Virus record (IMG/VR): IMGVR_UViG_3300010052_000152
Span: 1 to 50,409 of that record
DNA from: a virus
Lineage: Duplodnaviria; Caudoviricetes
Strand: one strand, 5' to 3'
DNA: 50,409 nt
This document shows, piece by piece, positions 33,690-43,746 of the stretch. Every line of letters starts with the position of its first letter. The stretch's first letter is position 1. The notes below the pieces were generated by a model. It was not told where the DNA came from, did not search any database, and worked only from the letters and a program-made list of their open reading frames with translations. A program made the translations under genes and the position numbers.

Positions 33690-34139
33690 ATGCAAGCACC
33701 CACCCTGCTCGGGCCCACGGGCAACCAGATGCTGGCGATCGGCGGCGAGTACGCCTGGCGCCAATACGTCAAGGGCGACGTGATGATCACCTTCCAGTGG
33801 ATCAACGACGACCCGAGCATCTGCCTGTTCCCGGCCGTGCCACGCATCAAGCGCGGCGCCTACGTGATCGGCCTGTCGGCGCTGCACAAGTACGTCGAGA
33901 ACACGGGGCACCCGACGCGCTACATGGTGGCGCAGAGCATCAAGATCGCCCAGCAGCTGGGCTTCCAGCCTGGCAAGGACATTTGCTTTCGCCTGGTCGA
34001 GATGGTGCTGGACGCCGCGCTCGAGCTGGTGCACATGCCGCCCACGCCCGAGATCGTTCGCAAGGCCGAAGAGCCCGACAAGGTCGGTGAAATGGTGGTC
34101 AAGCAGGGCGGCCGCGTCGTGATGGAGCGGGAAGTCTGA
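33690..34139 (+). CDS. Hypothetical protein, 149 aa
   Basis: AGGA RBS. Lies between terL and the portal gene. Confidence 0.7.
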   Translation: MQAPTLLGPTGNQMLAIGGEYAWRQYVKGDVMITFQWINDDPSICLFPAVPRIKRGAYVIGLSALHKYVENTGHPTRYMVAQSIKIAQQLGFQPGKDICFRLVEMVLDAALELVHMPPTPEIVRKAEEPDKVGEMVVKQGGRVVMEREV

Positions 34140-36490
34140 TGGACAGCATCGAGAACGTGCGCGGCTCGCGCGACGGCGCCTTCCAGTACGGCGGCCCGTA
34201 CACGAAGCCGGCCGGCAAGCCCAAGCGGGAGAAAAACCGCCTCGACTCGCCGGAAATGAAGAAGCGCCACAGCCAGCTCATGGACTGGTACTACCAGGAG
34301 CGCGACCGCCAGAGCGTGAACCGGTACCAGATGGCCGTCGACGAGGACTACTACGACGGCCTGCAGATCGATGAAGACACGCAGCTCGAGCTGAACGACC
34401 GTGGCCAGGCCGCGCTGGTGTTCAACAAGACGGCGCCCGCGATCAACTGGGTGACGGGCACCGAGAAGAAAACCCGCATGGACTACAAGATCCTGCCGCG
34501 GGAAGAGGCCGACGAAAACCAGGCCGAGGTGAAGACCAAGCTCTTCAAGTACGTGAGCGACGCCAACCACGCGCCTTTCGCTCGCTCCGACGCCTTCGCT
34601 GACGCCGTCACGGCCGGCCTGGGCTGGCTGGAAGAGGGCGTGAACACCGAGCCCGGCGCCGAGCTCATCTACGTGGGCACCGAGAGCTGGCGCAACGTGC
34701 TGCACGACTCGCTGTGCATGAAGCGCGACCTGAACGACGGCGGCCGGTACCAGTACCGCTGGAAGTGGGTCGATCTTGACGTGGCGTGCGTGCTGTTCCC
34801 CGGGCGCAAGCAGATCCTGGAATCGGCCTCGATGGACGCCGACGAGATCGCCGAGAAGGACGAAGACATCTGGTACCTGGGCGCCAGGACCAACACCGAA
34901 GACGTGGACAGCGGCCGGATGAGCCGGTACCGGTCCACAACCTCGGTCAACGGCAACACCTTCAACACGCGCCAGCGCGTCAAGATCATCGAGGCCTGGT
35001 ACAAGGTGCCGAAGGCCGGCCAGGTGATGCGCGGCACCGGCAAGCTGGACGGCGAGCTGTACGACGAGACGAACCCCGAGCATGTCCAGGCCGCCGAGCA
35101 GGAATTCGTGAGCCTGTCGAGCACCACCTACATGGAAATGCGGGTGATGGTCATGACCGAAGACCACGTGCTTTTCGAAGGCCAGAGCCCGTATCGCCAC
35201 AACCGCTTCCCTCTCACGCCAGTGTGGTGCTACCGCCGCCGGCGCGACAACATGCCCTACGGCATGATCCGCGGCATCCGCGATGCACAGGACGACTACA
35301 ACAAGCGCGCCTCCAAGGCCTTGTTCATCCTGAGCGCCAACCAGATCATCATGGACAGCGATGCTGTCGAGGCAAAGGAAATCGAGAACCTGCGCGACGA
35401 AGCCGCCCGACCGGACGGCATCATCGTGAAAAAGAGCGGAAAAGACCTCGAGTTCCGCCAGGACAAACAGCTGGCAGAAGAGCACCTGGGCCTGATGGAC
35501 CGTGACGCCCGGATGATCCAGGATATCTCGGGCATCACCGACGAAAACATGGGCCGCCAGACCAATGCGTCCAGTGGCATCGCCATGACGAAGCGCCAGG
35601 ACCAGGGCCACGTCGTCACCTACGGCGTGTTCGACAACCTGCGCTACGCCATCCAGCTATCGGGCGAGAAGCAGCTGAGCCTGATCGAGCAGTTCTACAC
35701 CCAGGAAAAGGTCGTGCGCATCGTCGGCGACAACAAGCCGATCGAGTGGCTGCCCGTCAACAAGCTGGACCCGGCCACGGGCCAGATCATGAACGACATC
35801 GCGGCCAGCAAGGCGGACTTCATCATCAGCGAGCAGGACTACCGCGCCAGCCTGCGCGAGGCGATGTTCGAGCAGCTGATGGACATGCTGGCCAAGATCG
35901 CCCCGGTGATGCCGCAGGCGGCCATGAACCTGCTGGACCTGGTGGTCGAGCTGGCCGACATCCCGAACCGCGAAGAGTTCGTGGCCCGCATCCGCAAGCT
36001 CAACGGCCAGACCGACCCGACGAAGAAGCCATCGCCCGAGGACGTGGCGCGGCAGCAGGAGGTCGAGGGCTTCGCCAAGCAGCAGGCCATGCTGGGCATG
36101 GAAAAGCTCAAGGCCGAGGTCGACAAACTCAAAGGCCAGACCGGCCAGCTGTCCGCCCAGCAGTTCACCACCATCGTGGAAGGCCTGTACGCAGCCCTGC
36201 AGAGCGCGCAGATCGTCGCGACGGTACCCAACGTCAGCCCGGTGGCCGATGTGATCGCCCAGGGGGCTGGATTCGTGCCGCAGGGCGGTTCCGACCCGAA
36301 CATCCCAACACCACAAGGCGGGCTCCCCGCCATGACGCCGCAGAGCAAACACGGCGATTACGTCGGATCAGCATCCCCCGCCCAAGCGGGGGTTTCTGTT
36401 TCTGGGCCCGAGCAAGCGCAACCCCTGCAGGGCGACGGCGCCCGGGCAGGCATCGAAACCCCCGCCAATGACGGCGTGATCACTCAGTAG
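34139..36490 (+). CDS. Portal protein, P22-like, 783 aa
   Basis: YYDGLQ..RGQ..FN, GLGW, YGMIR.IRDAQDDYNKR.SK, SGIA...RQ.QG. Long C-terminal helix. Confidence 0.88.
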   Translation: MDSIENVRGSRDGAFQYGGPYTKPAGKPKREKNRLDSPEMKKRHSQLMDWYYQERDRQSVNRYQMAVDEDYYDGLQIDEDTQLELNDRGQAALVFNKTAPAINWVTGTEKKTRMDYKILPREEADENQAEVKTKLFKYVSDANHAPFARSDAFADAVTAGLGWLEEGVNTEPGAELIYVGTESWRNVLHDSLCMKRDLNDGGRYQYRWKWVDLDVACVLFPGRKQILESASMDADEIAEKDEDIWYLGARTNTEDVDSGRMSRYRSTTSVNGNTFNTRQRVKIIEAWYKVPKAGQVMRGTGKLDGELYDETNPEHVQAAEQEFVSLSSTTYMEMRVMVMTEDHVLFEGQSPYRHNRFPLTPVWCYRRRRDNMPYGMIRGIRDAQDDYNKRASKALFILSANQIIMDSDAVEAKEIENLRDEAARPDGIIVKKSGKDLEFRQDKQLAEEHLGLMDRDARMIQDISGITDENMGRQTNASSGIAMTKRQDQGHVVTYGVFDNLRYAIQLSGEKQLSLIEQFYTQEKVVRIVGDNKPIEWLPVNKLDPATGQIMNDIAASKADFIISEQDYRASLREAMFEQLMDMLAKIAPVMPQAAMNLLDLVVELADIPNREEFVARIRKLNGQTDPTKKPSPEDVARQQEVEGFAKQQAMLGMEKLKAEVDKLKGQTGQLSAQQFTTIVEGLYAALQSAQIVATVPNVSPVADVIAQGAGFVPQGGSDPNIPTPQGGLPAMTPQSKHGDYVGSASPAQAGVSVSGPEQAQPLQGDGARAGIETPANDGVITQ

Positions 36491-36499
36491 GAGCAACCC

Positions 36500-36712
36500 A
36501 TGTCCAAGAAATCCGGCTCTGTAGCCCTGTCCGATGCCGCCCGCGAACTCAAGTGGCGCACCGAAAGCGACCTCGAAACGCTCATCCGGGCGCAGGAGAT
36601 CCGCGACGACCCCGCACGCCACGCTAGGGCCAAAAAGCTGGCGAAAGAACGCATCGCCGACACGCAAGACGTGCTCGCCGAATCCACCAACCAACCCAAG
36701 AAAGGCTCCTGA
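36500..36712 (+). CDS. Hypothetical protein, 70 aa
   Basis: AGGAG RBS. Confidence 0.7.
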   Translation: MSKKSGSVALSDAARELKWRTESDLETLIRAQEIRDDPARHARAKKLAKERIADTQDVLAESTNQPKKGS

Positions 36713-36714
36713 TC

Positions 36715-37764
36715 ATGAGCATTAAAGACTCCGAAACCGCAGGCCTGTCCGCCACCGAGCGCGAGGCCCTTGAAGACGACAGCGACGAAACCGCGCTGCG
36801 CAAGGTCGCCGGCGAAGGCGACGATGGTGATGACGACGGCGACGACGGCGCCGATGACGGCCAGGACGATGGCAACGGTGACGGCGCTGACGGTGGGAAG
36901 GATGATGGCGGCGATGCCGGTGATGACAAAGGCGCGGGCGCCGATGACAAAACTGACAAAGGCGACAAAACCGATAAAGGTGACAAGGCTGACAAGGGCG
37001 ATAAGTCCGACGAGGCCGACACCACCACCACCGTCGATGACGACGGCGACGATGACGACATCACCGAGCTGCCCGTGGCCCGGGTCGACGTGCCAGACGA
37101 CGCTGAAAAGCAGATCAAGGACCTCAAGGCCTCGAAGAGCGACCTTTTCAGAAAGTACAACGCCGGCGAGCTGGACGAAGACGCCTACCAGCAGCAGACC
37201 GAGGCGGCCCAGGACAAGATCGACGGCCTCAACCGCCTGCTGCTGAAAGCCGAGACGGCGCGCGAAAACGAGCAGGCCAACACCGAGGCCCGCCAGAAGA
37301 TGTGGGTCCGCCGCGTCAACGACTTCATCGACGAAACCAAGGCGAACGAAGGCATCGATTACCGCGCCAAGAAGACGCTCAACGCCGCGCTCGACACGGC
37401 CGTCAAGGAACTGGCCACCGAGCAGGACGACAAGGGCAACCTCAAGCACGGGGACAAGTCGATGAAGTGGTTCCTCAAGGAAGCCCACCGCCTGGTCAAG
37501 GCCGACTTCGGCATCGTTGCCGTGCCCAAGGGCGCCAAAGCCGATGGCCAGCCGGCCGACAAGAGCGACGGCAAGCCCTCGGCGGCCGCACGCAAGCCCG
37601 CCGACCTGTCCAAGGTCCCGCCCTCGATCGCGCGCGCGCCGGCCGCGGCGACTCAGGACGACGGCGGCGAGTTCGCCCACCTCGACGGTTTGTCCGGCAT
37701 GGCCTACGAGCGTGCCGTGGCCAAGCTCACCCCGGAACAGCAGTCCCGCTGGGCGGAGCAATAA
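36715..37764 (+). CDS. Putative scaffolding protein with a D/G/K low-complexity N-terminus
   Basis: Acidic and helical, between portal and capsid. DKGDKT-type repeats. Confidence 0.7.
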   Translation: MSIKDSETAGLSATEREALEDDSDETALRKVAGEGDDGDDDGDDGADDGQDDGNGDGADGGKDDGGDAGDDKGAGADDKTDKGDKTDKGDKADKGDKSDEADTTTTVDDDGDDDDITELPVARVDVPDDAEKQIKDLKASKSDLFRKYNAGELDEDAYQQQTEAAQDKIDGLNRLLLKAETARENEQANTEARQKMWVRRVNDFIDETKANEGIDYRAKKTLNAALDTAVKELATEQDDKGNLKHGDKSMKWFLKEAHRLVKADFGIVAVPKGAKADGQPADKSDGKPSAAARKPADLSKVPPSIARAPAAATQDDGGEFAHLDGLSGMAYERAVAKLTPEQQSRWAEQ

Positions 37765-37767
37765 GCC

Positions 37768-37983
37768 ATGGGTGGAAAGCGCTCGCTGGTGATGGATGTC
37801 CGTGTCGGTGATTCCGTGACGCTGGACGGTGGGCGCATCGTGATTCAGGTGATGGAGAAGAGCGGCCAGCGCGCCAAGCTTTCCATCACCGCAAATGCCG
37901 AAGTTTCGATCAGTCGCAAGAAGCCCGCGTCAAGCGGCGCGAAGGCGGCGCAGTCGGGAATTCGCATGGTCCCGTCCAGCTAA
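37768..37983 (+). CDS. CsrA/RsmA-like RNA-binding protein, 71 aa
   Basis: LVMDVRVGDSVTL..IVIQV..SGQRAKLSITA..EVSISR aligns by eye with CsrA LILTRRVGETLMI..GNQVRIGVNAPKEVSVHR. Confidence 0.75.
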   Translation: MGGKRSLVMDVRVGDSVTLDGGRIVIQVMEKSGQRAKLSITANAEVSISRKKPASSGAKAAQSGIRMVPSS

Positions 37984-38007
37984 TTCTGGCTGGCACGGGT
38001 GGTTATG

Positions 38008-38053
38008 ACAGCGCAGGACGTGCTGTTTGTGGCTCCCTTTTTGTTTGAAAGGA
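38008..38053 (+). promoter_or_regulatory. Putative CsrA-type binding hairpin and SD-occluding hairpin in the capsid leader
   Basis: ACAGCGC-AGGAC-GTGCTGT. CCTTT (38036-38040) can pair with the SD AAAGG (38048-38052). Confidence 0.5.
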
Positions 38054-38060
38054 AACGCAA

Positions 38061-39182
38061 ATGGGACGTACAGTAGTCGGGGTCAATGACCCCAAGGCGG
38101 TAAAGAAATATTCCGCTTTCTTGGCGGTTGACGTGGGCAAAAAGTCCTACTTCAACAAGAAGATGATGGGTGTGGGCATCGAGGCAGAAACCCCGATGCA
38201 GACCCTGCCGTCTCTTGAAAACGACGCTGGTGAACAGATCAGCTACGACCTGGTGATGGCTCTGAAAATGAAGCCGATCCAGGGCGACAACGTGCTGCGC
38301 GGCAAGGAAGAAGACCTGAAGTTCTACACGGACTCGGTCTACATCGACCAGCTGCGCGGCGGTGTCAACACCGGCGGCAAGATGACGCGCAAGCGCACGG
38401 TGCACAACCTGCGCAAGATCGCGCGCACCCGACAGTCGGAGTGGTGGGCTCGCCTGTTCGATGAGACGTTCTTCATGTACCTGTCGGGTGCGCGGGGCGT
38501 CAACACGGACTTCATCGAGGACACGACGTTCACGGGCTACGCAACCAATGCGTTCGTCGCCCCTGACTCGGTGCACCAGTCCTACGGTGGCGCCGCCACC
38601 AGCAAGGCCTCCATGGTCGTCGGCGACAAGATGTCGCTGGCCCTGGTGGACAAGCTGGTGACCAAGGCCAACACCATGGGCGGCGGCACCACGGGCGTGC
38701 CGCGCATCCAGCCCTGCATGATCGACGGCGAAGAGCGCTATGTGCTGCTGATGCACCCGTTCCAGACCTACGACCTGCGCACCAGCACTAACGCTGGCCA
38801 GTGGCTGGACATCCAGAAGGCTGCTGCAGCTGCCGAAGGCCGGGACAACCCGATCTTCAAGGGCTCGCTGGGCATGTACAACGGCGCGATCCTGCACGAC
38901 CACCGCAACGTGATCGGTTTCTCCGATTACGGCGCTGGTGCCAACGTTGCGGCCCGCCGCGCGCTGTTCCTGGGCCGTCAGGCCGGTGTCGTTGCCTTCG
39001 GTTCGCCGGGCACCGACCTGCGCTTCGACTGGACCGAGGAAACGGAAGACCGCGGCAACCAGGTGGTCATCACGACCAGCTCGATCTTCGGTGTGAAGAA
39101 AACCAGCTTCTCTGTGGCTGGCCAGAGCTACGACTTCGGTGTCATCGCGGCCGACACGGCCGCCGCTGACCCGAACCCCTGA
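38061..39182 (+). CDS. Major capsid protein, N4-gp56 family
   Basis: DPKAVKKYS, GKEEDLKFYTD.VYIDQLR, YVLLMHP.Q..DLR, EETEDRGN. Size and position fit. Confidence 0.9.
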   Translation: MGRTVVGVNDPKAVKKYSAFLAVDVGKKSYFNKKMMGVGIEAETPMQTLPSLENDAGEQISYDLVMALKMKPIQGDNVLRGKEEDLKFYTDSVYIDQLRGGVNTGGKMTRKRTVHNLRKIARTRQSEWWARLFDETFFMYLSGARGVNTDFIEDTTFTGYATNAFVAPDSVHQSYGGAATSKASMVVGDKMSLALVDKLVTKANTMGGGTTGVPRIQPCMIDGEERYVLLMHPFQTYDLRTSTNAGQWLDIQKAAAAAEGRDNPIFKGSLGMYNGAILHDHRNVIGFSDYGAGANVAARRALFLGRQAGVVAFGSPGTDLRFDWTEETEDRGNQVVITTSSIFGVKKTSFSVAGQSYDFGVIAADTAAADPNP

Positions 39183-39270
39183 TCTGCCCGGCTCCTGAGC
39201 CCGAGCGATTGCAACCCTGATCCCCTGCCCGGCCGGGTGGGGGCATCCCAATTCCTGAAAGGAAGAAATC

Positions 39271-39723
39271 ATGTCTCTTGTGCAAACCTCTGCAGCAAAA
39301 GGCCAGGTGCCCGCGCCGGTGTGCAACGACCAAGCGGCCGTGCCCCTGCGTGTCGAGTACACGACCCTCGCTGCGCTTCCCACTACCGACGTGCTGGAGC
39401 TGTTGAAGCTCCCCGCAGGTCACAGCGTGGTGGACTGGACCCTCGATGTCGACGATCTCGACTCGAACGGCGCGCCAGCTCTGGTGTTCAAGGTCGGTGT
39501 GCTCAACGCAGCCAAAACCGACCTGGACACGGGTAACGCCATCTGGAAGACCGGTCTGACGACCGGCCAGGCCGGTGGTGTCGCCCGCATGGACACGCTG
39601 ACCGCGCTGCGCGCCGGCTCGACCGGCAACAGCGAGAAGTCGGTGGGTCTGATCGTCACGACGGCTGCCGCCACCTGGGCCAACGGCAAGATCGGCATCA
39701 CCGTCTGGATCAAGGCCGACTAA
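39271..39723 (+). CDS. Virion protein (capsid decoration/cement candidate), 150 aa
   Basis: Beta-rich, directly after the major capsid gene and before a terminator. Confidence 0.6.
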   Translation: MSLVQTSAAKGQVPAPVCNDQAAVPLRVEYTTLAALPTTDVLELLKLPAGHSVVDWTLDVDDLDSNGAPALVFKVGVLNAAKTDLDTGNAIWKTGLTTGQAGGVARMDTLTALRAGSTGNSEKSVGLIVTTAAATWANGKIGITVWIKAD

Positions 39724-39743
39724 ACCCGGCTTCTGTGCAAGGC

Positions 39744-39776
39744 AAGGCCCCGGCTGACACCCGGGGCCTTTTTTTT
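39744..39776 (+). terminator. Intrinsic terminator after the capsid genes
   Basis: AAGGCCCCGG/CCGGGGCCTT stem plus T-run. Confidence 0.85.
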
Positions 39777-39786
39777 GGAGATTTCC

Positions 39787-40203
39787 ATGAAGTTTGAATG
39801 CAAGCTGAAACGCGAAGGCGGCACCAAGGTTGAGATCGGCGGGGTGGAATATCACTTCAAGCCGCTTCCCGACGGCGCCCATGTGGCCGAGGTGACCGAA
39901 GAGGATCACATCGCCCGCTTCTACCAGATCCCCGAGGCGTACAAGGCCTACAAGGGCGATGCCGATACGGCCACAGCAGCCTCGACGGCCGCCGCTGGCG
40001 GCACTGGCGACGGCGACGATGCCGACGAACCCACCGAATTCCTGGTCACCGATGGCAAGGGCAACGATGCCGACCTGGGCAAGATGAATCGCGCAGAGCT
40101 GCTGGCTTTCGCCGACAAGGAAGAAATTGCCCTGACGGTGCCACGCAATTCCTCTCGCGAGAAGATCCTCGCCGCCGTGTTCGGCGCCTGCACCGAGGAA
40201 TAA
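39787..40203 (+). CDS. Hypothetical virion-associated protein, 138 aa
   Basis: GGAG RBS before ATG 39787. Confidence 0.65.
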   Translation: MKFECKLKREGGTKVEIGGVEYHFKPLPDGAHVAEVTEEDHIARFYQIPEAYKAYKGDADTATAASTAAAGGTGDGDDADEPTEFLVTDGKGNDADLGKMNRAELLAFADKEEIALTVPRNSSREKILAAVFGACTEE

Positions 40204-40206
40204 GCG

Positions 40207-40521
40207 ATGACCACGGCCCAGCAGATCATCGACCAGGCCCGCGAGCCGCTCAATGACGACGAGAAGGTGAGAAACACCGACCCGGTGCTGCTGGGCTACC
40301 TCAATTTCGGCCTGCGCCGCCTGAAACGGGCGCGCGCGGACCTCTTCATCGGCACGCTCGGCGCCGGCCATACCGACCTGGCGCTGATCGACCCGGTGCC
40401 CACGCCCGAAGAGTACGACCAGAACCTGGCCGATTACCTCTCGGCCCGGGCGCACACCAAGGACGACGAAGAAGCGGCCAACAGCCGCATCGAGTTGTTC
40501 TTCGCACTGGCGAAAGGCTGA
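40207..40521 (+). CDS. Putative head-tail adaptor-like protein, 104 aa
   Basis: Helical, AQQIIDQAR..LND..LL.YLN motif. Synteny. Confidence 0.55.
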   Translation: MTTAQQIIDQAREPLNDDEKVRNTDPVLLGYLNFGLRRLKRARADLFIGTLGAGHTDLALIDPVPTPEEYDQNLADYLSARAHTKDDEEAANSRIELFFALAKG

Positions 40522-40523
40522 TC

Positions 40524-41141
40524 ATGAAGACCTGGGACCAGTTTTACGACTACCTCCTGCCGGACGTGCCGGACTGCCCGCTGAACATGGCCAAGTTCGC
40601 CCTGCGCGTGGCCGCGCAGCAGTTCTGCGAGAAGACGCTGGCCTGGCAGGAGACGCTGGATGCCACAGCGATCGCGGCTGACACCCTCAACTACGACTTC
40701 AACATCACTTCCACCCAGGAAGTGGTGCAGATCAGGACCGCGACGCTGGACGACAGGGACTTGAAGGTGCTGTCCGAGCGCGACTTGCCCAGCAACTGGC
40801 GCACCAACGGCAGCGCGCGCGGCGGCGTGTTCACCCTGGACCGCCAGACCTTCTACGTAGTGCCCCAGGCCTCGGCCGGCGAGCTGGTCGTCCTGACGGT
40901 GGCCGTCAAGCCCTCCAACACCGCCACGGGCGTGAGCAACGACCTATTTGCGAACTATGTGGACGAGATCGCCACCGGCGCCAAGGCCCGCCTGCAGAAA
41001 ACGCCGAAGAAGCCCTACACCGACCTGGTGTCGGGCGGCGCCAACCAGACGACGTTCGACCTGCGCTGCAGCGAGATCGCCTGGCAGGTGGCGAAGTCCC
41101 ATGGCCAGACCGCCCGGCGAACCCGGGCCTCCTTTTTCTAA
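40524..41141 (+). CDS. Putative tail adaptor / virion protein, 205 aa
   Basis: VPDCP..ALR.AA..FCEKT.W. Synteny. Confidence 0.55.
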   Translation: MKTWDQFYDYLLPDVPDCPLNMAKFALRVAAQQFCEKTLAWQETLDATAIAADTLNYDFNITSTQEVVQIRTATLDDRDLKVLSERDLPSNWRTNGSARGGVFTLDRQTFYVVPQASAGELVVLTVAVKPSNTATGVSNDLFANYVDEIATGAKARLQKTPKKPYTDLVSGGANQTTFDLRCSEIAWQVAKSHGQTARRTRASFF

Positions 41142-41165
41142 CCCGCTTCGGCGGGTTTTTCTTTT
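41140..41165 (+). terminator. Intrinsic terminator
   Basis: AACCCGC-TTCG-GCGGGTT plus T-run. Confidence 0.85.
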
Positions 41166-41178
41166 CTGAGGCACCCAC

Positions 41179-41541
41179 ATGGCAGCTGGAACCTACGATT
41201 TCGTTGACGACAAGGCCTTCGAGATCGGGGCAACGCTCGAGCGTCCCATCGTCTGGCAGGACCCTGCAGGCGCGGCAATCGACCTCACGGGCTACACCGC
41301 GCGCATGCAGGTGCGGCAGAGCATCGCCGCGGCCGAAGCGCTGCTCGAGCTGACGACGGAAAACGGCGGCATCGCGATCACCCCGGCCACCGGCACCATC
41401 ACGTTGACGCAAACGGCCACGCAGACGGCGGCCTACACCTGGAAGCGTGGGGTCTACGACCTTGAGATCGTCAGCCCGAGCGGCGTGGTCACGCGGCTGA
41501 TCCAGGGCGATATTGAAACTTCGCCCGAGGTGACCCGGTGA
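41179..41541 (+). CDS. Virion protein, beta-sandwich (tail-fibre attachment-like), 120 aa
   Basis: IDLTGYTARMQVR, GVYDLEI..G.V.RL..G motif. Confidence 0.65.
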   Translation: MAAGTYDFVDDKAFEIGATLERPIVWQDPAGAAIDLTGYTARMQVRQSIAAAEALLELTTENGGIAITPATGTITLTQTATQTAAYTWKRGVYDLEIVSPSGVVTRLIQGDIETSPEVTR

Positions 41542-42926
41542 GTGGTGTGACCGTCACGGAAGAGGGCGGCATCATCGTCGTCCGGGAGCCTGTTGCGCCC
41601 AACACCGTCAGCGTGGTCACCGCGGGGCCTCAAGGTCCGTCCGGGAGCCTGAGCGTGGGCGTGGTCAGCACCGGCGCTCCCGGCAGCAGCGCTTCGGTGA
41701 CGAATACCGGCACCGCGCACGCGGCCGTGTTCGACTTCACCATCCCACGGGGCGACACCGGCGCCACGGGGCCAGCGGGCCCAGCCGGGCCGACCGGGCC
41801 CACCGGGCCGGTGAGCGTGGTGAGCGGCACGGCGCCGATTCAGGTTGCCACCGGCAGCTCGACGCCTGTTATCAGCATCGACCCGGCCACTACGGGCGCC
41901 GCCGGGTCGATGTCGGCGGCCGACAAGGCGAAGCTGAACGGCGTGGCCACCGGCGCGACGGCCAACAGCACCGATGCCACGCTGCTGGCGCGTGCGAACC
42001 ACACGGGCACGCAGCTGGCGGCCACAATCAGCGACTTCGCCGCGGCCGCGCTGGCCGTCGTGCTCACGGGACTGTCCCTGGCCACCGGAACCCCGATTAC
42101 GGCGGCTGACACGGTGCTGTCGGCCTTCGGCAAGCTGCAAAAGCAGATCACCGACCTGATTTCGGCATTGACGGCAGCGTTTCCGCGCGCTCACCTTGCT
42201 GGCCTCACGATGTCGACGGCGGGCGGTTCGGCAACCATGACAATAGCGGCGGGGGTGGCAGCAGACAGCACGAACACCGTGCTCATGACCTATGCCGGGG
42301 CCAACAAAACGACCTCTGCCTGGGCTGTTGGAGCTGGCGGCGCTCTCGACACGGGGACAATTGCCAACAACACCTGGTATCACTGGTTCGTCATTCGCAG
42401 GCCAGACACCGGTGTCGTGGACAGCATCTGCTCAACGTCGGCCGCTGCGCCGTCACTGCCGGCGAACTACACCCAGTACCGCCGCATTGGCGCGGGACGG
42501 ACCAACGGATCGGCTCAATGGGTAGCGTTCCTCCAGGATGGTGACGACTTCACCTGGGTCACCGCGGTGGCAGACGTGTCCGCAACCAATCCGGGCACGG
42601 CGGCAGTGACCCGCACGCTGACGGTACCGACAGGCATCAGGGTTCTGGCGCGAATCTACAGCATCCACAGCAACGCGGGCACCTCCATCATCTCCTATTT
42701 CCTGACCAGCGACCTGTCTACCACGGACTCCACCCCGTCTTTCTCGGTCAATAACTCGGGCCCATGTGGCATCCAAAGTGGCATCGCCCAAAGCACCATG
42801 GCAGCGCTCCAGATTTGGACCAACACAAGCGCCCAGATCCGTACGCGCACCAGCAACAGCGACGCCAACGTCTCTCACAACATCAGCACGATCGGTTGGC
42901 GCGACTCGCGCGGGAGGTACGCCTAA
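41538..42926 (+). CDS. Tail fibre protein with a short collagen-like segment, 462 aa
   Basis: GDTGATGPAGPAGPTGPTGP, RANHTGTQ, AFGKLQKQI. T/A/G/S-rich. Confidence 0.8.
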   Translation: MSGVTVTEEGGIIVVREPVAPNTVSVVTAGPQGPSGSLSVGVVSTGAPGSSASVTNTGTAHAAVFDFTIPRGDTGATGPAGPAGPTGPTGPVSVVSGTAPIQVATGSSTPVISIDPATTGAAGSMSAADKAKLNGVATGATANSTDATLLARANHTGTQLAATISDFAAAALAVVLTGLSLATGTPITAADTVLSAFGKLQKQITDLISALTAAFPRAHLAGLTMSTAGGSATMTIAAGVAADSTNTVLMTYAGANKTTSAWAVGAGGALDTGTIANNTWYHWFVIRRPDTGVVDSICSTSAAAPSLPANYTQYRRIGAGRTNGSAQWVAFLQDGDDFTWVTAVADVSATNPGTAAVTRTLTVPTGIRVLARIYSIHSNAGTSIISYFLTSDLSTTDSTPSFSVNNSGPCGIQSGIAQSTMAALQIWTNTSAQIRTRTSNSDANVSHNISTIGWRDSRGRYA

Positions 42927-43342
42927 TGCCATACGTTCAGCGCTCAGTGGCCAAGGTGATTGGCTTGTATGCCAACCCTCAACCAGGCTACGCCGAGGAA
43001 TTTCTGCCGCCGGAAGATGCCGAAGTGCTGGAGTTCCTGAACCCGCAGCCTACTTTTGCGGCCGAGAAGGATCGCCTGCTGACCATGATCCGCGGTTGGC
43101 GCAAGGATGCCTATAACGCGCTCATCGGCATCGGCTTTGCCGCCAAGGAAGAAGGGGACGAGGACACGGTCACCGCTTGCCTCACGGCGAGGCAGCAGCT
43201 TAAAGACATCACGGACTGGCCAGCCGTCACGGAGGCCGCGACCACGGCGGCCCTGCAGGCGGCGCTTGTGACGCGGTGGAATCAGATCGCGGCCGCGTGT
43301 CCACCCAATGTGCAAACCGCATTCTCGGAGTACCGCAAATGA
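42926..43342 (+). CDS. Putative tail fibre assembly chaperone, 138 aa
   Basis: TAATG-coupled to the fibre gene. RQQLKDIT motif. Confidence 0.6.
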   Translation: MPYVQRSVAKVIGLYANPQPGYAEEFLPPEDAEVLEFLNPQPTFAAEKDRLLTMIRGWRKDAYNALIGIGFAAKEEGDEDTVTACLTARQQLKDITDWPAVTEAATTAALQAALVTRWNQIAAACPPNVQTAFSEYRK

Positions 43343-43746
43343 CCATCCTCCTCATCGCGCTCGGGTGCTGGCTGTTGTGGGCCGTCACTTCCACCATTGC
43401 CCTCTACTACGGCTACTGCTTTGCCATGGCCTGCCGCGGCGCGCGCGACCACGCGGACCCTGCGCAGCGCTCGCTGCGGCTGGTCGCTGTGATCGACACC
43501 AAGCTGTCATTCCCCGTCGTGGTGCTCGACGCGCTCTACAACGTGACGGTGCTGACCATCGTGATGTTGGACTTCCGCTGGGCTCACACCTTCAACCTGG
43601 CCACAGGCCGCCTCAACCTCTACACCACCAGCGCCGACGAGCGCTACTTCCGCGTCTGGCTGGCCAACGTGTATGCGGCCTTCCTCAACGGCAAGGACAA
43701 GGGCCACATCAAGAACGTGACCATGCGCTTCGCCTGGCTGGACTGA
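43339..43746 (+). CDS. Membrane protein, 135 aa
   Basis: Two hydrophobic segments. GGAG RBS and ATGA overlap. Confidence 0.65.
   Translation: MTILLIALGCWLLWAVTSTIALYYGYCFAMACRGARDHADPAQRSLRLVAVIDTKLSFPVVVLDALYNVTVLTIVMLDFRWAHTFNLATGRLNLYTTSADERYFRVWLANVYAAFLNGKDKGHIKNVTMRFAWLD

Noticed and set aside
33920-35611. Long antisense ORFs (also 8883-10121, 9920-11338, 12641-14350, 19374-20663, 45098-46876 and others)
   Set aside because: These are shadow frames of real genes in high-GC DNA, with no motifs or RBS.
36830-37060. D/G/K repeats in the scaffold gene as a separate repeat element or collagen
   Set aside because: Degenerate low-complexity coding sequence, typical of disordered scaffold N-termini.
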